From Alphaproteobacteria bacterium (lineage in GTDB: Bacteria > Pseudomonadota > Alphaproteobacteria > JABAAW01 > JAHZMA01): 64,000 bases of DNA. A model generated the notes under the pieces. That model worked only from the letters and a program-made list of their open reading frames with translations. It was not told the origin of the DNA and did not search any database. Positions 20,485 through 31,219 of this stretch are shown here, in pieces (within the stretch, counting starts at the first letter, position 1; every line of letters starts with the position of its first letter). The position numbers and the translations under genes are program-made. Where the stretch lies: contig CBDETR010000004.1 of the NCBI GenBank assembly GCA_965243045.1, positions 759,985-823,984 on the forward strand, in the 5' to 3' direction.

Positions 20485-22214
20485 TTATCGCCTCCGACAT
20501 AAACATTCTTCACATCTTTATTTTTTTGAATATCCTTAACACTGCCTTCAGCCAGTAAACTGCCATTATGCATGACAAACACATGCTGTGCCAATTCTCT
20601 GACCAATGCCATATCATGCTCTATAATTAGCGCGCTTGCTTTCAAGGTTTTAACCGCCCAACGGATAACATCAATCACTTGTTCGGTTTCTGCGCGTGAA
20701 AGCCCGGCACAAGGTTCATCTAATAGCATCAATTTTGGCTCGGTGCAAATCACCATGGCGATATCAAGAATTTGCCTTTGTCCATGTGAGAGACTTCTTG
20801 CTTGTGTGTTTTTCTGTTGTAGAAAATCAAAACGCTTTTTCAATTCTTGCAAAATGGGCGTATCCCAATCAAGAGAATAAAATTTCAGCAAATCCCATTT
20901 ATTAATACGCCCACTCCATAACGCAATAGAAAGATTTTCGGAAATTGTTAAATCATCAAAAACACGTGGGGTTTGAAATTTACGGGCAAGCCCTTGCTGG
21001 CTAAGCTTTTTAGTATCACATATTTTAAGAGATTGTTTGAACACATTAATGGCACCTGTTTGGGGTTTAAGCTCGCCAGTGATAACATTGAAGAAGGTTG
21101 TTTTACCCGCGCCATTAGGACCAATCAAGCAATAAATGCCTTGTTTTTCAAATGATAAATTCAAGTCATTCAAAATAGAAATATTGCCAATACGTAAATT
21201 TAAATTCTGGACAGAGATATTGCCTTTCCTATCTGTTTTGTTGCGCTTCGGAGCTATTCTTAAACCTCTAGGATATTTATCCGATAGCCATGATTTCAGG
21301 CGCGGTTCAAACATTCCAACAAAACCATTCTTAAAATAAAGCACGGTAATAATGAAGATGGCGGCTAAAATTGCCTCCCAATAAGTGACGGTTTCACGCA
21401 AGGTGATGGTTAAAATTCCGATAATAATCGCGCCTAACACAGGTCCATACAGCGTTCTATAACCACCAATCGCAACCCAAATAATAAAATTAGTGGAAAG
21501 GATAAAGCCAAATAAATCTGGCGTAACAAGGCTATTCTCTGGTGCATAAAGCACCCCTGCCAATCCCCCTAAAAAGCCACTTGCGGCAAAAGCAATCGCT
21601 TTCAAATGGGGGGCATCAAATCCAAAAAAACCAAGTCTCACATCATCTTGCGATAAAGCGCGCCACAAAATACCAAGAGGTGATGATGTTAACCATGCCA
21701 CAAAGATAACTGCAAAAATAAGCCCAAAGGCAGATAAAATATAAGCATCTTGAAAATCATTCATGCCTTTGATGGCAGGAATATCCCTGAGCCCATTAAA
21801 GCCTCCGGTCACAGACCCCCACGAGATAGCAATCTGCATTGCCAATAATAACAATGCAAGCGTTATCAGCGCGAAAAACGCACTATTTTGTGTGCGTTGG
21901 TAAAAAATCAATCTTCCAATGCCATAGGCAAGCATTGCTGGAATCAGCGCGGATATAATAAGTAACGGATATAAGAGTAAAGAATCATGGTAATAAATGA
22001 GTGAGAAACCTGAAAGATAAGCGCCAATTCCAACAAAGAAACCTTGCCCAAGCGATAGCAAACCTGCTTGTCCCCATGATAGCCCAACACCTAAACACGC
22101 AATGGCATAAAGCAAATAAAGCGCAAGCACATAGGCCCAATAATCGCCAATAATCCAAGGCAATATAAATAAGCTGCTAACAACAAAGGCGCCGTTAGCG
22201 ATTAACCAAACCAC
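20481..22214 (-). CDS. Fused ABC permease (LivM-like) / ATP-binding (LivG-like) protein
   Basis: N-terminal ~300 aa multi-TM LivM-type permease. C-terminal NBD with GPNGAGKTT, LSHGQRQ, LLLDEP. Confidence 0.8.
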   Translation of the reverse strand: MVWLIANGAFVVSSLFILPWIIGDYWAYVLALYLLYAIACLGVGLSWGQAGLLSLGQGFFVGIGAYLSGFSLIYYHDSLLLYPLLIISALIPAMLAYGIGRLIFYQRTQNSAFFALITLALLLLAMQIAISWGSVTGGFNGLRDIPAIKGMNDFQDAYILSAFGLIFAVIFVAWLTSSPLGILWRALSQDDVRLGFFGFDAPHLKAIAFAASGFLGGLAGVLYAPENSLVTPDLFGFILSTNFIIWVAIGGYRTLYGPVLGAIIIGILTITLRETVTYWEAILAAIFIITVLYFKNGFVGMFEPRLKSWLSDKYPRGLRIAPKRNKTDRKGNISVQNLNLRIGNISILNDLNLSFEKQGIYCLIGPNGAGKTTFFNVITGELKPQTGAINVFKQSLKICDTKKLSQQGLARKFQTPRVFDDLTISENLSIALWSGRINKWDLLKFYSLDWDTPILQELKKRFDFLQQKNTQARSLSHGQRQILDIAMVICTEPKLMLLDEPCAGLSRAETEQVIDVIRWAVKTLKASALIIEHDMALVRELAQHVFVMHNGSLLAEGSVKDIQKNKDVKNVYVGGDK

Positions 22215-23046
22215 CGGGTTTCCTCCATAAGAAAATCAATGCAACAATCAATACAAAGCTATAACCAGCCGTTCTATCAAACAGAGCCGATACAATCGCC
22301 TCGCTACCGCCAATAACAGCGGCCCCAGCAATAAGGGCTAAAATATGCCCTAATCCACCAATGATTAAAACAAAGAAAGATTTTAAGACATAATCAATGC
22401 CCATGCCGGGGTGAACCGTAACGATGGGCGATAATAAAACACCCGCGATACTGCCTAAACATACCCCAAGGATAAAGCTATTTCGTGCTAGCATATCGGC
22501 ACGAATGCCAACAGCCCCTGCAAGTTCGTAATTATTAATCATGGCTTTAATGCGTTTGCCAGTGGTGCTTAATAAAAACCAACTTATCAAAGCGGTTAAT
22601 AAAATAATCGCAACCAACATCACGATTAATTGATAGATAGGGTAATCAGCCCCTAAAACATTTACAGTTCCTGATACAGGCAAAGAAACACTGTTATAAC
22701 CACGTCCGAATAAATATTTTGCCAATTCACGCAGTAAAAGGCTTAATCCCCATGTGGCAAGAATGGTATCGAAGGGGCGTTTGTAAAGGGGACGTATCAA
22801 AAATTTTTCAACAGGCCATGCAATGATAATGGCAACAAGAATGGCGAATGGAATCGCTACAATAAAAGGCAAGCCTTGCTGATGTACAACAAACGAGCAA
22901 AACCCGCCTATCATAATAAATTCACCATGGGCAAGGTTAAGCACACCTAATAAACCAAGTGTTATCGCCAAGCCCATCGCAACAAGAGCAAGGGTGATGA
23001 TTTCAAACGATATGTTAAGACCGTTGGTGATGATAATATCACTCAT
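22195..23046 (-). CDS. ABC transporter permease (LivH-like)
   Basis: ~280 aa, 8 TM, branched-chain amino-acid/amide permease family. Confidence 0.8.
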   Translation of the reverse strand: MSDIIITNGLNISFEIITLALVAMGLAITLGLLGVLNLAHGEFIMIGGFCSFVVHQQGLPFIVAIPFAILVAIIIAWPVEKFLIRPLYKRPFDTILATWGLSLLLRELAKYLFGRGYNSVSLPVSGTVNVLGADYPIYQLIVMLVAIILLTALISWFLLSTTGKRIKAMINNYELAGAVGIRADMLARNSFILGVCLGSIAGVLLSPIVTVHPGMGIDYVLKSFFVLIIGGLGHILALIAGAAVIGGSEAIVSALFDRTAGYSFVLIVALIFLWRKPGGLVNR

Positions 23047-23100
23047 CCCTTGCCCCTGAAAATAAGTTTAAGTAAAACATTAATCCAAATAAATTATTAT

Positions 23101-24285
23101 TTAGACGGAACAGCTCTCGCCATGAAATACCCGCGAGAATGTTTTAACAACGTTAAATGTAACGCCTTCACATTCTGCAAGATACATGTTTTTTACCACA
23201 TGACGGTTTGACATTCTAGAGTTATTATCAGTCGCCGTCTCGTATTTCACGCCTTCAGAAGTTTTCATTAAATCTTTGGCTTTTGTGCTACCTGCTTTAT
23301 TAACAAGCGATGCAAGGAAATTCACTCCCGAATAAGCATCTGCACCTAGCATGGATAAAGGCGGCGCTTCACTGCCAAATTTTTTGCTATATTCAGCTTG
23401 AAACTTTTTATTCTGCCTTGTATTCACAGTTGTAAAGTAAGACATACAGCTATAAAGCCCACTACTATTTTCAGCGCCAATACCGCCTAATGTAAGTTCT
23501 TCGCATAATAAAGATAATCTTTTAATAGATTTATCAAGCCCGAAACCAGCAAAAGTGCGGTTAAAGTTAATATTATCGCCACCCACTAAAGTGATAAGAA
23601 CCAAATCAGGTGCTGCGGCTTTAATGCGGGTAACGGCATCATCAAATTTATTACCCGGACCAAGCGGTGCATATTCTTCACCAACAATTTCACCACCTAA
23701 TTCTGCAATATGACGTTTTGCATATTCATTACTTTTTTGGGGCCAAACATAATCATTGCCAATCAGATAGATTTTCTTTGTCTTAAATTTATCATCAAGA
23801 TAATTTAGAGAAGGTTCAATTTGTTGACGCGGTGTGTCAGCAGTTACATACGTATTAGGCGCGCATTCACCACCTTCATAAAGCGGTGTATAAATGTAAG
23901 GAATTTTGCCTTTTAATGCCCCAACAATCGCTTGACGTACAGCACTATCATGAGAACCTACAATGGCATCAACCTTATCTCTAAGCATCATGCGGACAGC
24001 AATTTTTGCAGCATCAGCAGGTGGAAGTCCACCATCTCCGCTGATAATTTCAACTTGCTTCTTCAAAATACCATTTTTGGCATTGACATTATCGACGGCA
24101 AGGGCGGCGCATGCTGTTTGCGTAGGACCAAACAATGAAGCTGGACCACTGAGTGAAAAGAAAGTGCCAAGCTTAAAATTATCGGCTGCATAGCTTGAGC
24201 GTATAAAAGCAGGGGCAGCTAATATGGAAGCAACGCCTGCCGCACCTGCAAGTAGGTGCCTACGTGATAAATGTTTTTCTGACAT
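23101..24285 (-). CDS. Periplasmic substrate-binding protein (Leu/Ile/Val- or amide/urea-binding family)
   Basis: Signal peptide with an SRRHLL Tat-like motif. ~390 aa type-I PBP architecture. Confidence 0.75.
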   Translation of the reverse strand: MSEKHLSRRHLLAGAAGVASILAAPAFIRSSYAADNFKLGTFFSLSGPASLFGPTQTACAALAVDNVNAKNGILKKQVEIISGDGGLPPADAAKIAVRMMLRDKVDAIVGSHDSAVRQAIVGALKGKIPYIYTPLYEGGECAPNTYVTADTPRQQIEPSLNYLDDKFKTKKIYLIGNDYVWPQKSNEYAKRHIAELGGEIVGEEYAPLGPGNKFDDAVTRIKAAAPDLVLITLVGGDNINFNRTFAGFGLDKSIKRLSLLCEELTLGGIGAENSSGLYSCMSYFTTVNTRQNKKFQAEYSKKFGSEAPPLSMLGADAYSGVNFLASLVNKAGSTKAKDLMKTSEGVKYETATDNNSRMSNRHVVKNMYLAECEGVTFNVVKTFSRVFHGESCSV

Positions 24286-24313
24286 TATATATCTCCTAAT
24301 AATGGGATTGTGA

Positions 24314-25729
24314 TTAATTGGGGTAAGGCATCGTAGGCAATGTATTTTGCATAAGATGCGCGATTGCTAATAAATGACGGTCATTCCCATAAGGGCCATC
24401 AATTTCAATTCCAACAGGCAAGCCTTTTTTATCAAGCCCCGCTGGAATAGAAATGCCGGGAGTACCTGCAATACTTGCAGGGTCTGTATTATGAATAACA
24501 GTTGGAAATAAACCACATTCCTTACCGTTAAGTAAAATCGTTTCATCTTCACCGATGATAGGTGGCGATACGGGGATTGTCGGGAATATAATGGCATCAA
24601 TTTTATTGGTACTAAAACAATCACTGATAATTTTTTGCATCTGAGGGCGTCCATTTTTGAGAGCTTCCTGATAAGGTCCGCTCATATCTTCAAAACCATC
24701 GGCAAGTAAACTTGACATGATGCCCTTAACATCTGGACTAACAATTTGTTCTACGACATCTTCCAAAGAAAGCTTACCATTGAAATGTTCCGCTAAATAA
24801 TTTTGCAAATCACCTTTGCTTTCATAAACCGCAATCGTAAAGCCACAACTTGCTTCAGGCGGCTGTAGCCCATCAATATCAACAGGAACAAGTTGCCAAT
24901 TATCTTTGCGTAAATCATCAAGACGCGCTTCAAAAACAGCTTTGACATCATCATCAATATCATCAAAAAAATAGTGATTGGGAATCCCAATGCGTAAATC
25001 CGATTGTTTTAATGTTGGCAAAGAATCATCGCCTTGTGTAAGAACAGCATCAATCAAAGCGGCATCTTCAACAGTTCTGCATAAAGGACCTGCCGTATCT
25101 CTGGTATGAGAAACTGGAACAAGCCCTTTTTGTGAATAGCGTCCTATGGAAGGGCGAAAGCCAACAATGCCACAAAAAGATGCAGGAATACGCACGGAAC
25201 CACCTGTATCGGTGCCTAAGGCGGCGGGCAACATTCCAGATGCAACGCTTGCACCCGAGCCACCACTGCTACCGCCGGGGCTACGTTTGCTATTATAAGG
25301 GTTACGCACCGCACCCATTGCGCCATTATTAGAGGTGATGCCATAACAAAGCTCATGCATATTTAATTTGCCAAAAATATTCGCCCCCTCATCTATTAAG
25401 GATTGTGTGACGACAGCATTTTCTGGCATGTGATTGGCTTTTGCAAAACTTGGGGTGCCAGCACTTGTTGGCAATCCCATACAATTAATGGCATCTTTGA
25501 GACCCATAGGAATGCCTCCCAATTTTTGATTCTTTTTACTTTTATCATTGTCAAATTCCTGCGCACGTTTTAACGCGCCTTCTTCATCCAATGTAATAAA
25601 AGCATTTAATTCTTTATTTTTTTTGCAATTTCCTAAAAAAATCTTCGCAATCTCAACAGCTGAAATATCACCCTTAACCATTGCTTTCCTAATAGAACTC
25701 ACGCTCCAATATTTTATATCTTCAGACAT
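24314..25729 (-). CDS. Amidase (amidase-signature family)
   Basis: GGSSGGSGASVASG signature block, ~470 aa. First gene of an amidase + ABC uptake operon. Confidence 0.85.
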   Translation of the reverse strand: MSEDIKYWSVSSIRKAMVKGDISAVEIAKIFLGNCKKNKELNAFITLDEEGALKRAQEFDNDKSKKNQKLGGIPMGLKDAINCMGLPTSAGTPSFAKANHMPENAVVTQSLIDEGANIFGKLNMHELCYGITSNNGAMGAVRNPYNSKRSPGGSSGGSGASVASGMLPAALGTDTGGSVRIPASFCGIVGFRPSIGRYSQKGLVPVSHTRDTAGPLCRTVEDAALIDAVLTQGDDSLPTLKQSDLRIGIPNHYFFDDIDDDVKAVFEARLDDLRKDNWQLVPVDIDGLQPPEASCGFTIAVYESKGDLQNYLAEHFNGKLSLEDVVEQIVSPDVKGIMSSLLADGFEDMSGPYQEALKNGRPQMQKIISDCFSTNKIDAIIFPTIPVSPPIIGEDETILLNGKECGLFPTVIHNTDPASIAGTPGISIPAGLDKKGLPVGIEIDGPYGNDRHLLAIAHLMQNTLPTMPYPN

Positions 25730-25876
25730 TGTTCAAGCCCCCACTAAAACTAAACTATTATGTGTTGTTACAATATTTATAAATGAGCATTAAATTGTAA
25801 CAAATTTATCTTGATATAAATAATATAAATAAGTTGCATTGTCAAATGATTTCTTACTTGTATTCATGCGAGGGAG

Positions 25877-26326
25877 TTGTTAAAAAGTGATATGTGGAAA
25901 AAGAATGACGATGATGGGATTATTGATGCTGAAATAGGCGATGATGGTGAATTTAAATTTACAGGACGCCATCGCAAATCCGTATGGCATTTTAACAATC
26001 GCTTTAAGGCGCTTTATGTAGCTTTGCTTGCAGCATCGTTTCTACTGACTTATTTAGCCATTACACTTTTGCCTTTTGCGGCGATTTTCAGTTTCTTTTA
26101 TATTTATTCAAATTGGTGGTTGATTTTTGCGATTCCAGCGGCTTTGATTGTGGCATTTATTCCGCTTTTGGGTTTTATGATTGGCATTTTCTCCGCCCAT
26201 GTTGTGTGGGGTTGGTCGTGGTTTGCCGCTATTTTAGTATTTTGCTGGCCTTTTATGTTACGTCTTTTTCTCAGGCGTAAGAAAATTTATTTTAAGAGTA
26301 AAATAAAAACAGATTTCAGACGTTAA
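25877..26326 (+). CDS. Hypothetical small membrane protein (3-4 TM)
   Basis: ORF with hydrophobic segments and no recognisable motif. Confidence 0.4.
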   Translation: MLKSDMWKKNDDDGIIDAEIGDDGEFKFTGRHRKSVWHFNNRFKALYVALLAASFLLTYLAITLLPFAAIFSFFYIYSNWWLIFAIPAALIVAFIPLLGFMIGIFSAHVVWGWSWFAAILVFCWPFMLRLFLRRKKIYFKSKIKTDFRR

Positions 26327-26348
26327 TTTCAGACGTTAGTTTCAGGCA

Positions 26349-26888
26349 TTAAGATTTTTTTATTTTTGATAAACGCCATTCATGCACCAACCAAAGCCCT
26401 GCGCCAATTGTGATAAAACTATCTGCCAGATTAAAAGTTGGCCAATGAAAATTACCGATATGGAAATCTAAGAAATCAATCACCGAGCCACGCCAAACTC
26501 TATCACATAAATTGCCTAACGCCCCCCCAATCACAAACATAATTGGTAATGTTGTGTTTTGGGTTAATGATAAATTATCAGAAGGATTTTGTTTGATAAG
26601 CCATAATAAAGTGATTGTGATGGCGAGGGTCATCAGAATAAAGAACAAGTTTGCCGCCCCCCCATAGCCTGCCAAAAAGCCAAAACCTGCACCATAATTT
26701 TCACTTAACACAAAATTAAAAATCGGCAATATCTCTACATAAAACCCACGGGGTGGTACAAAATTCACCATGATTGTTTTGCTGATTTGGTCAAGAAATA
26801 CCAAAATAAAAATCAGCCAATAGCCATTGCTGATATGGGAAGGTGGGCGAATGAGCCATTTGCCAAATTCTTTAATTTTTATCATCAT
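26349..26888 (-). CDS. lspA: Lipoprotein signal peptidase (signal peptidase II)
   Basis: Conserved NLGD...FNLAD motifs. Start overlaps the ileS stop (ATGA). Confidence 0.9.
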   Translation of the reverse strand: MMIKIKEFGKWLIRPPSHISNGYWLIFILVFLDQISKTIMVNFVPPRGFYVEILPIFNFVLSENYGAGFGFLAGYGGAANLFFILMTLAITITLLWLIKQNPSDNLSLTQNTTLPIMFVIGGALGNLCDRVWRGSVIDFLDFHIGNFHWPTFNLADSFITIGAGLWLVHEWRLSKIKKS

Positions 26889-29707
26889 GATGAGGATACT
26901 CCTGCGGATAATTTACTTTCAGCCTGTGTACAGCGCGTACATAAATCATCGGTAATATCAGGCAAAATACGCCAGCAACGGTTGCATTTTTCACCTTCTG
27001 CAATATCGGGTGTATCCGCCATAGGCTGTTTTATGTCAGCAATTATTGGAATGAAGGGGGCGGTAATCATGATTTCTGCTAATTCTTCTTTGCTAAAATT
27101 TTTGGCAATCGCATCATCAGCGGCACTTAAAGTCAGACGCGGTTTTGCTTCTAACGAGGAACGGATTTTTTTATCAGAACGCGCTTTTTCATTGGCATGG
27201 TTAATTTGGTCACGCCATTGCAAAATATTTTTCCATTTTTGCGCCAACCCATGATTGCACCATATATCGTCTATTTTGGAAAAGCCATTTAATGTAACCG
27301 CGCTTTCCGGACCATAACGTGTTTGCCATGCTTCTTCAGCAGTGAAACATAAAATCACCGAAGCGCGACTTGTCACAAAATCAAACAGTAAATTCAGCAC
27401 ATAGATAGTGGCGCGATATTTAGGGCTTTCCGCTTCATCGCAATAGAGGCAATCTTTGCGAATATCAAAATAAATGAATGAAAGAAAATGGCAGAAATGA
27501 TAGAGCGCGTGGCTGTAGCTGGTATAATCGTAATTTTCAATGGCTTGTTGCATTTCTTCATCAAGCTGATGCATGCGGTGCAACACATAACGTTCTAATT
27601 CTGGTAATTGCTGATAAGGAATCGGCGTTGGAATCATATTATCTTGCAGATTGCCCAACATGAAACGGAGTGAATTACGGATACGCCGATAATTATCAAT
27701 GGTGCGCTTTAAGATTTCATCACCGATGCGAATATCATCAGTATAATTAGTGCTTACCACCCATAGCCGCAGAATATCAGCACCATATTTTTGGATAACT
27801 TCATCAGGCTCAAGCCCATTGCCCATCGATTTTGACATTTTGCGTCCATCTTGGTCAAGTGCAAAACCATGGGTGAGAACATTTTTATAAGGTGCAGTGC
27901 CTTTCACGCCTGAAGCGACTAATAAAGAAGAATGAAACCAACCGCGATGCTGGTCAGAACCTTCTAAATATAAATCAGCCGGATAGGTTAAATCATCGCG
28001 TTCATCAAGCACAAAACTATGTGTAGAGCCTGAATCAAACCAAACATCTACCACATCTTGTGCCTGTTCATAATCATCGGCATTGTAACCATCGCCTAAG
28101 AAACGGCTTTTGGGTGATGAAAACCAGCAATCAGAACCTTCTTTGGCAAAGGCATCTACAATATTTTGCATGACTTTTTCATCGCGCAATACTTTACCAT
28201 CGGATTTGCGAGTAAAAATCGGCAATGGTACTCCCCAAGCGCGTTGGCGCGAGATACACCAATCAGGGCGTTTGGCAATCATATCGGTGAGGCGCGCTTT
28301 GCCTGCTTGCGGATAAAAATTAACTTTTTCTAAAGCGTCCAATGCTTTTTTGCGTAAATTTTGATTTTCCATAGAGATAAACCATTGCGCCGTGTTGCGA
28401 TAAATCACCGGTGCTTTAGAACGCCATGAATGAGGATAAGAATGACGGTAATTATGTTTTGCCATCAAATGCCCTGCTTGTTTTAACGCAGTAATCACTG
28501 CCCCATTGGCATCGCCATCAGCGCCATCATCAAGGTAAATCCTTCTGCCAGCAAATAAAGCCACATTGGCACGGAACGAACTATCATCGTTAATTTGGTC
28601 AGGCACTTCTAAATCGTTTTTAAGAGCAATTTGATAATCATCTGTACCATTGGCAGGTCCAATATGCACAAAGCCACTGCCTTGTTCAGCCGTCACAAAA
28701 TCAGCATGAAGCATGGGGACAGTAAAATTATAACCCTCATTTATTTTTGCAAGCGGATGTTCGCAACGGATATTGTTAAAATCTTCTGCGGTTAATGTTT
28801 CTAAAACAACGAAATTGGCAATGTTACTGATTTGCTGAAATTTTTTGATTAATGTTTCCGCAAGAATGATACGCTGTTCATGATGCTCTGATTCAGAATC
28901 ATCAATTTGCAATAATTTATAGGTGAGCGTTTCATTAAACGCCACAGCACGGTTGCCGGGAATTGTCCAAGGGGTTGTTGTCCAAATCACAATATGAGCG
29001 TGGGTTAATTTTGGGTTATCATTGGTATGAATAGGGAAGCGTACAAAAAGAGCAGGCGATTTATGTTCCTTATATTCTATTTCTGCATCGGCAAGGGCAG
29101 TACGTTCCACTGCCGACCACATCACAGGGCGCGTGCCTTTATAAAGACTGCCATCTAGTAGGAAATGCCCGATATTGCGCGCAATGGCGGCATCAGAAGA
29201 ATGTTTCATGGTGAGGTACGGCTCTTGCCAATCCCCCATCACGCCCAAACGTTGAAATTCTGTTTGCTGAATATCCACCCATTTTTGGGCAAATTTTTTA
29301 CATTCATTGCGAAAATCATTCACGGGAATATCTTGCTTATCTTTATTTTCAGCACGGAAATTTTCTTCTACTTTCCATTCAATAGGCAGCCCATGGCAAT
29401 CCCAGCCGGGCACATAATTGGCATCAAAGCCACGTGCCTGCCATGCACGGCTAATCACATCTTTTAAGATTTTATTGACGGCATGCCCGATATGCAAATG
29501 CCCATTGGCATAAGGCGGACCATCATGAAGAATGTATTTTCTACGTTCTTCTTGCTTGGCTTGGGCGCGTAATTTTTGCCATAAATTGCTTTTTTGCCAG
29601 AATGCTAAAATTTCTTTTTCGCGTTCGGGCAGGTTGGCACGCATGGGAAAATTGGTTTCGGGCAGGCGCACATTATATTTAGTATCGTTAGATGAATTTT
29701 GGCTCAT
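26885..29707 (-). CDS. ileS: Isoleucine--tRNA ligase
   Basis: HIGH motif (HIGHAVNK), KMSKS, C-terminal Cys4 zinc knuckle. 940 aa. Confidence 0.95.
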   Translation of the reverse strand: MSQNSSNDTKYNVRLPETNFPMRANLPEREKEILAFWQKSNLWQKLRAQAKQEERRKYILHDGPPYANGHLHIGHAVNKILKDVISRAWQARGFDANYVPGWDCHGLPIEWKVEENFRAENKDKQDIPVNDFRNECKKFAQKWVDIQQTEFQRLGVMGDWQEPYLTMKHSSDAAIARNIGHFLLDGSLYKGTRPVMWSAVERTALADAEIEYKEHKSPALFVRFPIHTNDNPKLTHAHIVIWTTTPWTIPGNRAVAFNETLTYKLLQIDDSESEHHEQRIILAETLIKKFQQISNIANFVVLETLTAEDFNNIRCEHPLAKINEGYNFTVPMLHADFVTAEQGSGFVHIGPANGTDDYQIALKNDLEVPDQINDDSSFRANVALFAGRRIYLDDGADGDANGAVITALKQAGHLMAKHNYRHSYPHSWRSKAPVIYRNTAQWFISMENQNLRKKALDALEKVNFYPQAGKARLTDMIAKRPDWCISRQRAWGVPLPIFTRKSDGKVLRDEKVMQNIVDAFAKEGSDCWFSSPKSRFLGDGYNADDYEQAQDVVDVWFDSGSTHSFVLDERDDLTYPADLYLEGSDQHRGWFHSSLLVASGVKGTAPYKNVLTHGFALDQDGRKMSKSMGNGLEPDEVIQKYGADILRLWVVSTNYTDDIRIGDEILKRTIDNYRRIRNSLRFMLGNLQDNMIPTPIPYQQLPELERYVLHRMHQLDEEMQQAIENYDYTSYSHALYHFCHFLSFIYFDIRKDCLYCDEAESPKYRATIYVLNLLFDFVTSRASVILCFTAEEAWQTRYGPESAVTLNGFSKIDDIWCNHGLAQKWKNILQWRDQINHANEKARSDKKIRSSLEAKPRLTLSAADDAIAKNFSKEELAEIMITAPFIPIIADIKQPMADTPDIAEGEKCNRCWRILPDITDDLCTRCTQAESKLSAGVSSS

Positions 29708-29908
29708 AAAGGTATCATTATCAATGGTTAATTTTTTTGCACATTACCCTATTTATAGGGCATTTTTCAATAGATAAGTTTGGCTTTATTAATTGTGATT
29801 AGAGTAGAAGAATTTGCTTGACTTTTTATATAAAAAACCTCACATGGAAGTAAAGGGGCATCTTTGTTTTTGCGCCGTTTCATTCAGTGAAAGATAGGAT
29901 TTTTTGCG

Positions 29909-31201
29909 ATGATGCGTTCGTTCTTTTTTAGTGCATGGCCGTTATTTATAGGGCTATTTTGTATTATTGTTGGTAATTCTATTCAAGGTTCGTTGATTGC
30001 CTATAGAACGGCTACACAAGATTATTCTTCTGTGATTTCAGGTCTCATTATTTCAGGCTATTATGTTGGCATGGTTTGCTCGGTTTTTACGACCCCTTAT
30101 TTTTTAAGAACTGTTGGGCATGTGCGTTTGTTCGCAGCTTTTACCGCAATTATTTCTGCTACTTTATTAATATTCCCATTGGTGGTGCATCCAGTGGTTT
30201 GGATTGTTTTGCGGTTTTTCATTGGATTTTCTTATGTAGGATTATTTGTGATTACCGAAGCATGGGTAAATGCACTTTCTAGTAACGAAACACGTGGGCA
30301 GGCTATGTCGTTTTATATGATTACTCAATTTTTAGGTTATATTTTGGGGCAGTTGATGCTTGGCACAACCACACCTGAAAGTTCCACCTTGTTTTTGCTT
30401 GCTTCAATTGGGGTTTCTTTAGCAGTGGTGCCGATGTTGATGGTGCAGGTAAAAGTGCCACCTCAACCCAAAAGTGATGATATTATGGGTTTATCTGAAA
30501 TGTTTAAGCTTTCACCTTTTGCTTGTTTTGGTACCGTAATGGTGGGTATGTTATCGGCAATATTTTATTCATCGCTTGGTTTCGTGGCACAAAAAGTAGG
30601 GATGAGTTTAGGACAGCTTTCTTTTGCCACGATTTTAATGTTTTTGGCGGCGATGATTTCGCAATGGCCTTTGGCAAAAATATCTGATAATATAGATAGA
30701 CGTAAAGTGATTATTGGGTTAGCATTGGCAACAATTGCTGTTTGTTTTTATGGTTTTACCATTGATGTTAGTAATTTTTATTTGGTTTATTTGGTTATCT
30801 TTTTATTGTCACTGGCAGTGATGCCGCTTTATTCTATCAATGTTGCCCATGCCCATGATGTTACGCCATCGGAACGGTTGGTAGCCATGACCAGCACATT
30901 ACAATTATTAGGCGCATCAGGTGCAGTGGTAGGGCCTTTAGTGCTTACCAATATGGTGGCTTATGCTGGTTTTAATGGCTTCTTGATTTTCTTGATTATT
31001 ATCTGTATTATGCTTGCAGGCTATACACTTTATAGAATGTTAACGCGTTCGGTTACATTGCATTCGCATACAGTTTTTACCCCGATGACGCAGTTGCAAG
31101 CTGCAAGTACGGAAATTCTGGCAATGTCAGATGAACTAGAATGGGATATTAGCAAGGGTGAAACCTATCAGCAAGCTGTGCAAGATGAGAATGAAGAATA
31201 G
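29909..31201 (+). CDS. MFS transporter (paralog 1)
   Basis: 12 predicted TM segments. ~50% identical to the next gene. Confidence 0.75.
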   Translation: MMRSFFFSAWPLFIGLFCIIVGNSIQGSLIAYRTATQDYSSVISGLIISGYYVGMVCSVFTTPYFLRTVGHVRLFAAFTAIISATLLIFPLVVHPVVWIVLRFFIGFSYVGLFVITEAWVNALSSNETRGQAMSFYMITQFLGYILGQLMLGTTTPESSTLFLLASIGVSLAVVPMLMVQVKVPPQPKSDDIMGLSEMFKLSPFACFGTVMVGMLSAIFYSSLGFVAQKVGMSLGQLSFATILMFLAAMISQWPLAKISDNIDRRKVIIGLALATIAVCFYGFTIDVSNFYLVYLVIFLLSLAVMPLYSINVAHAHDVTPSERLVAMTSTLQLLGASGAVVGPLVLTNMVAYAGFNGFLIFLIIICIMLAGYTLYRMLTRSVTLHSHTVFTPMTQLQAASTEILAMSDELEWDISKGETYQQAVQDENEE

Positions 31202-31219
31202 ATAACTTAGGGTAATCTA

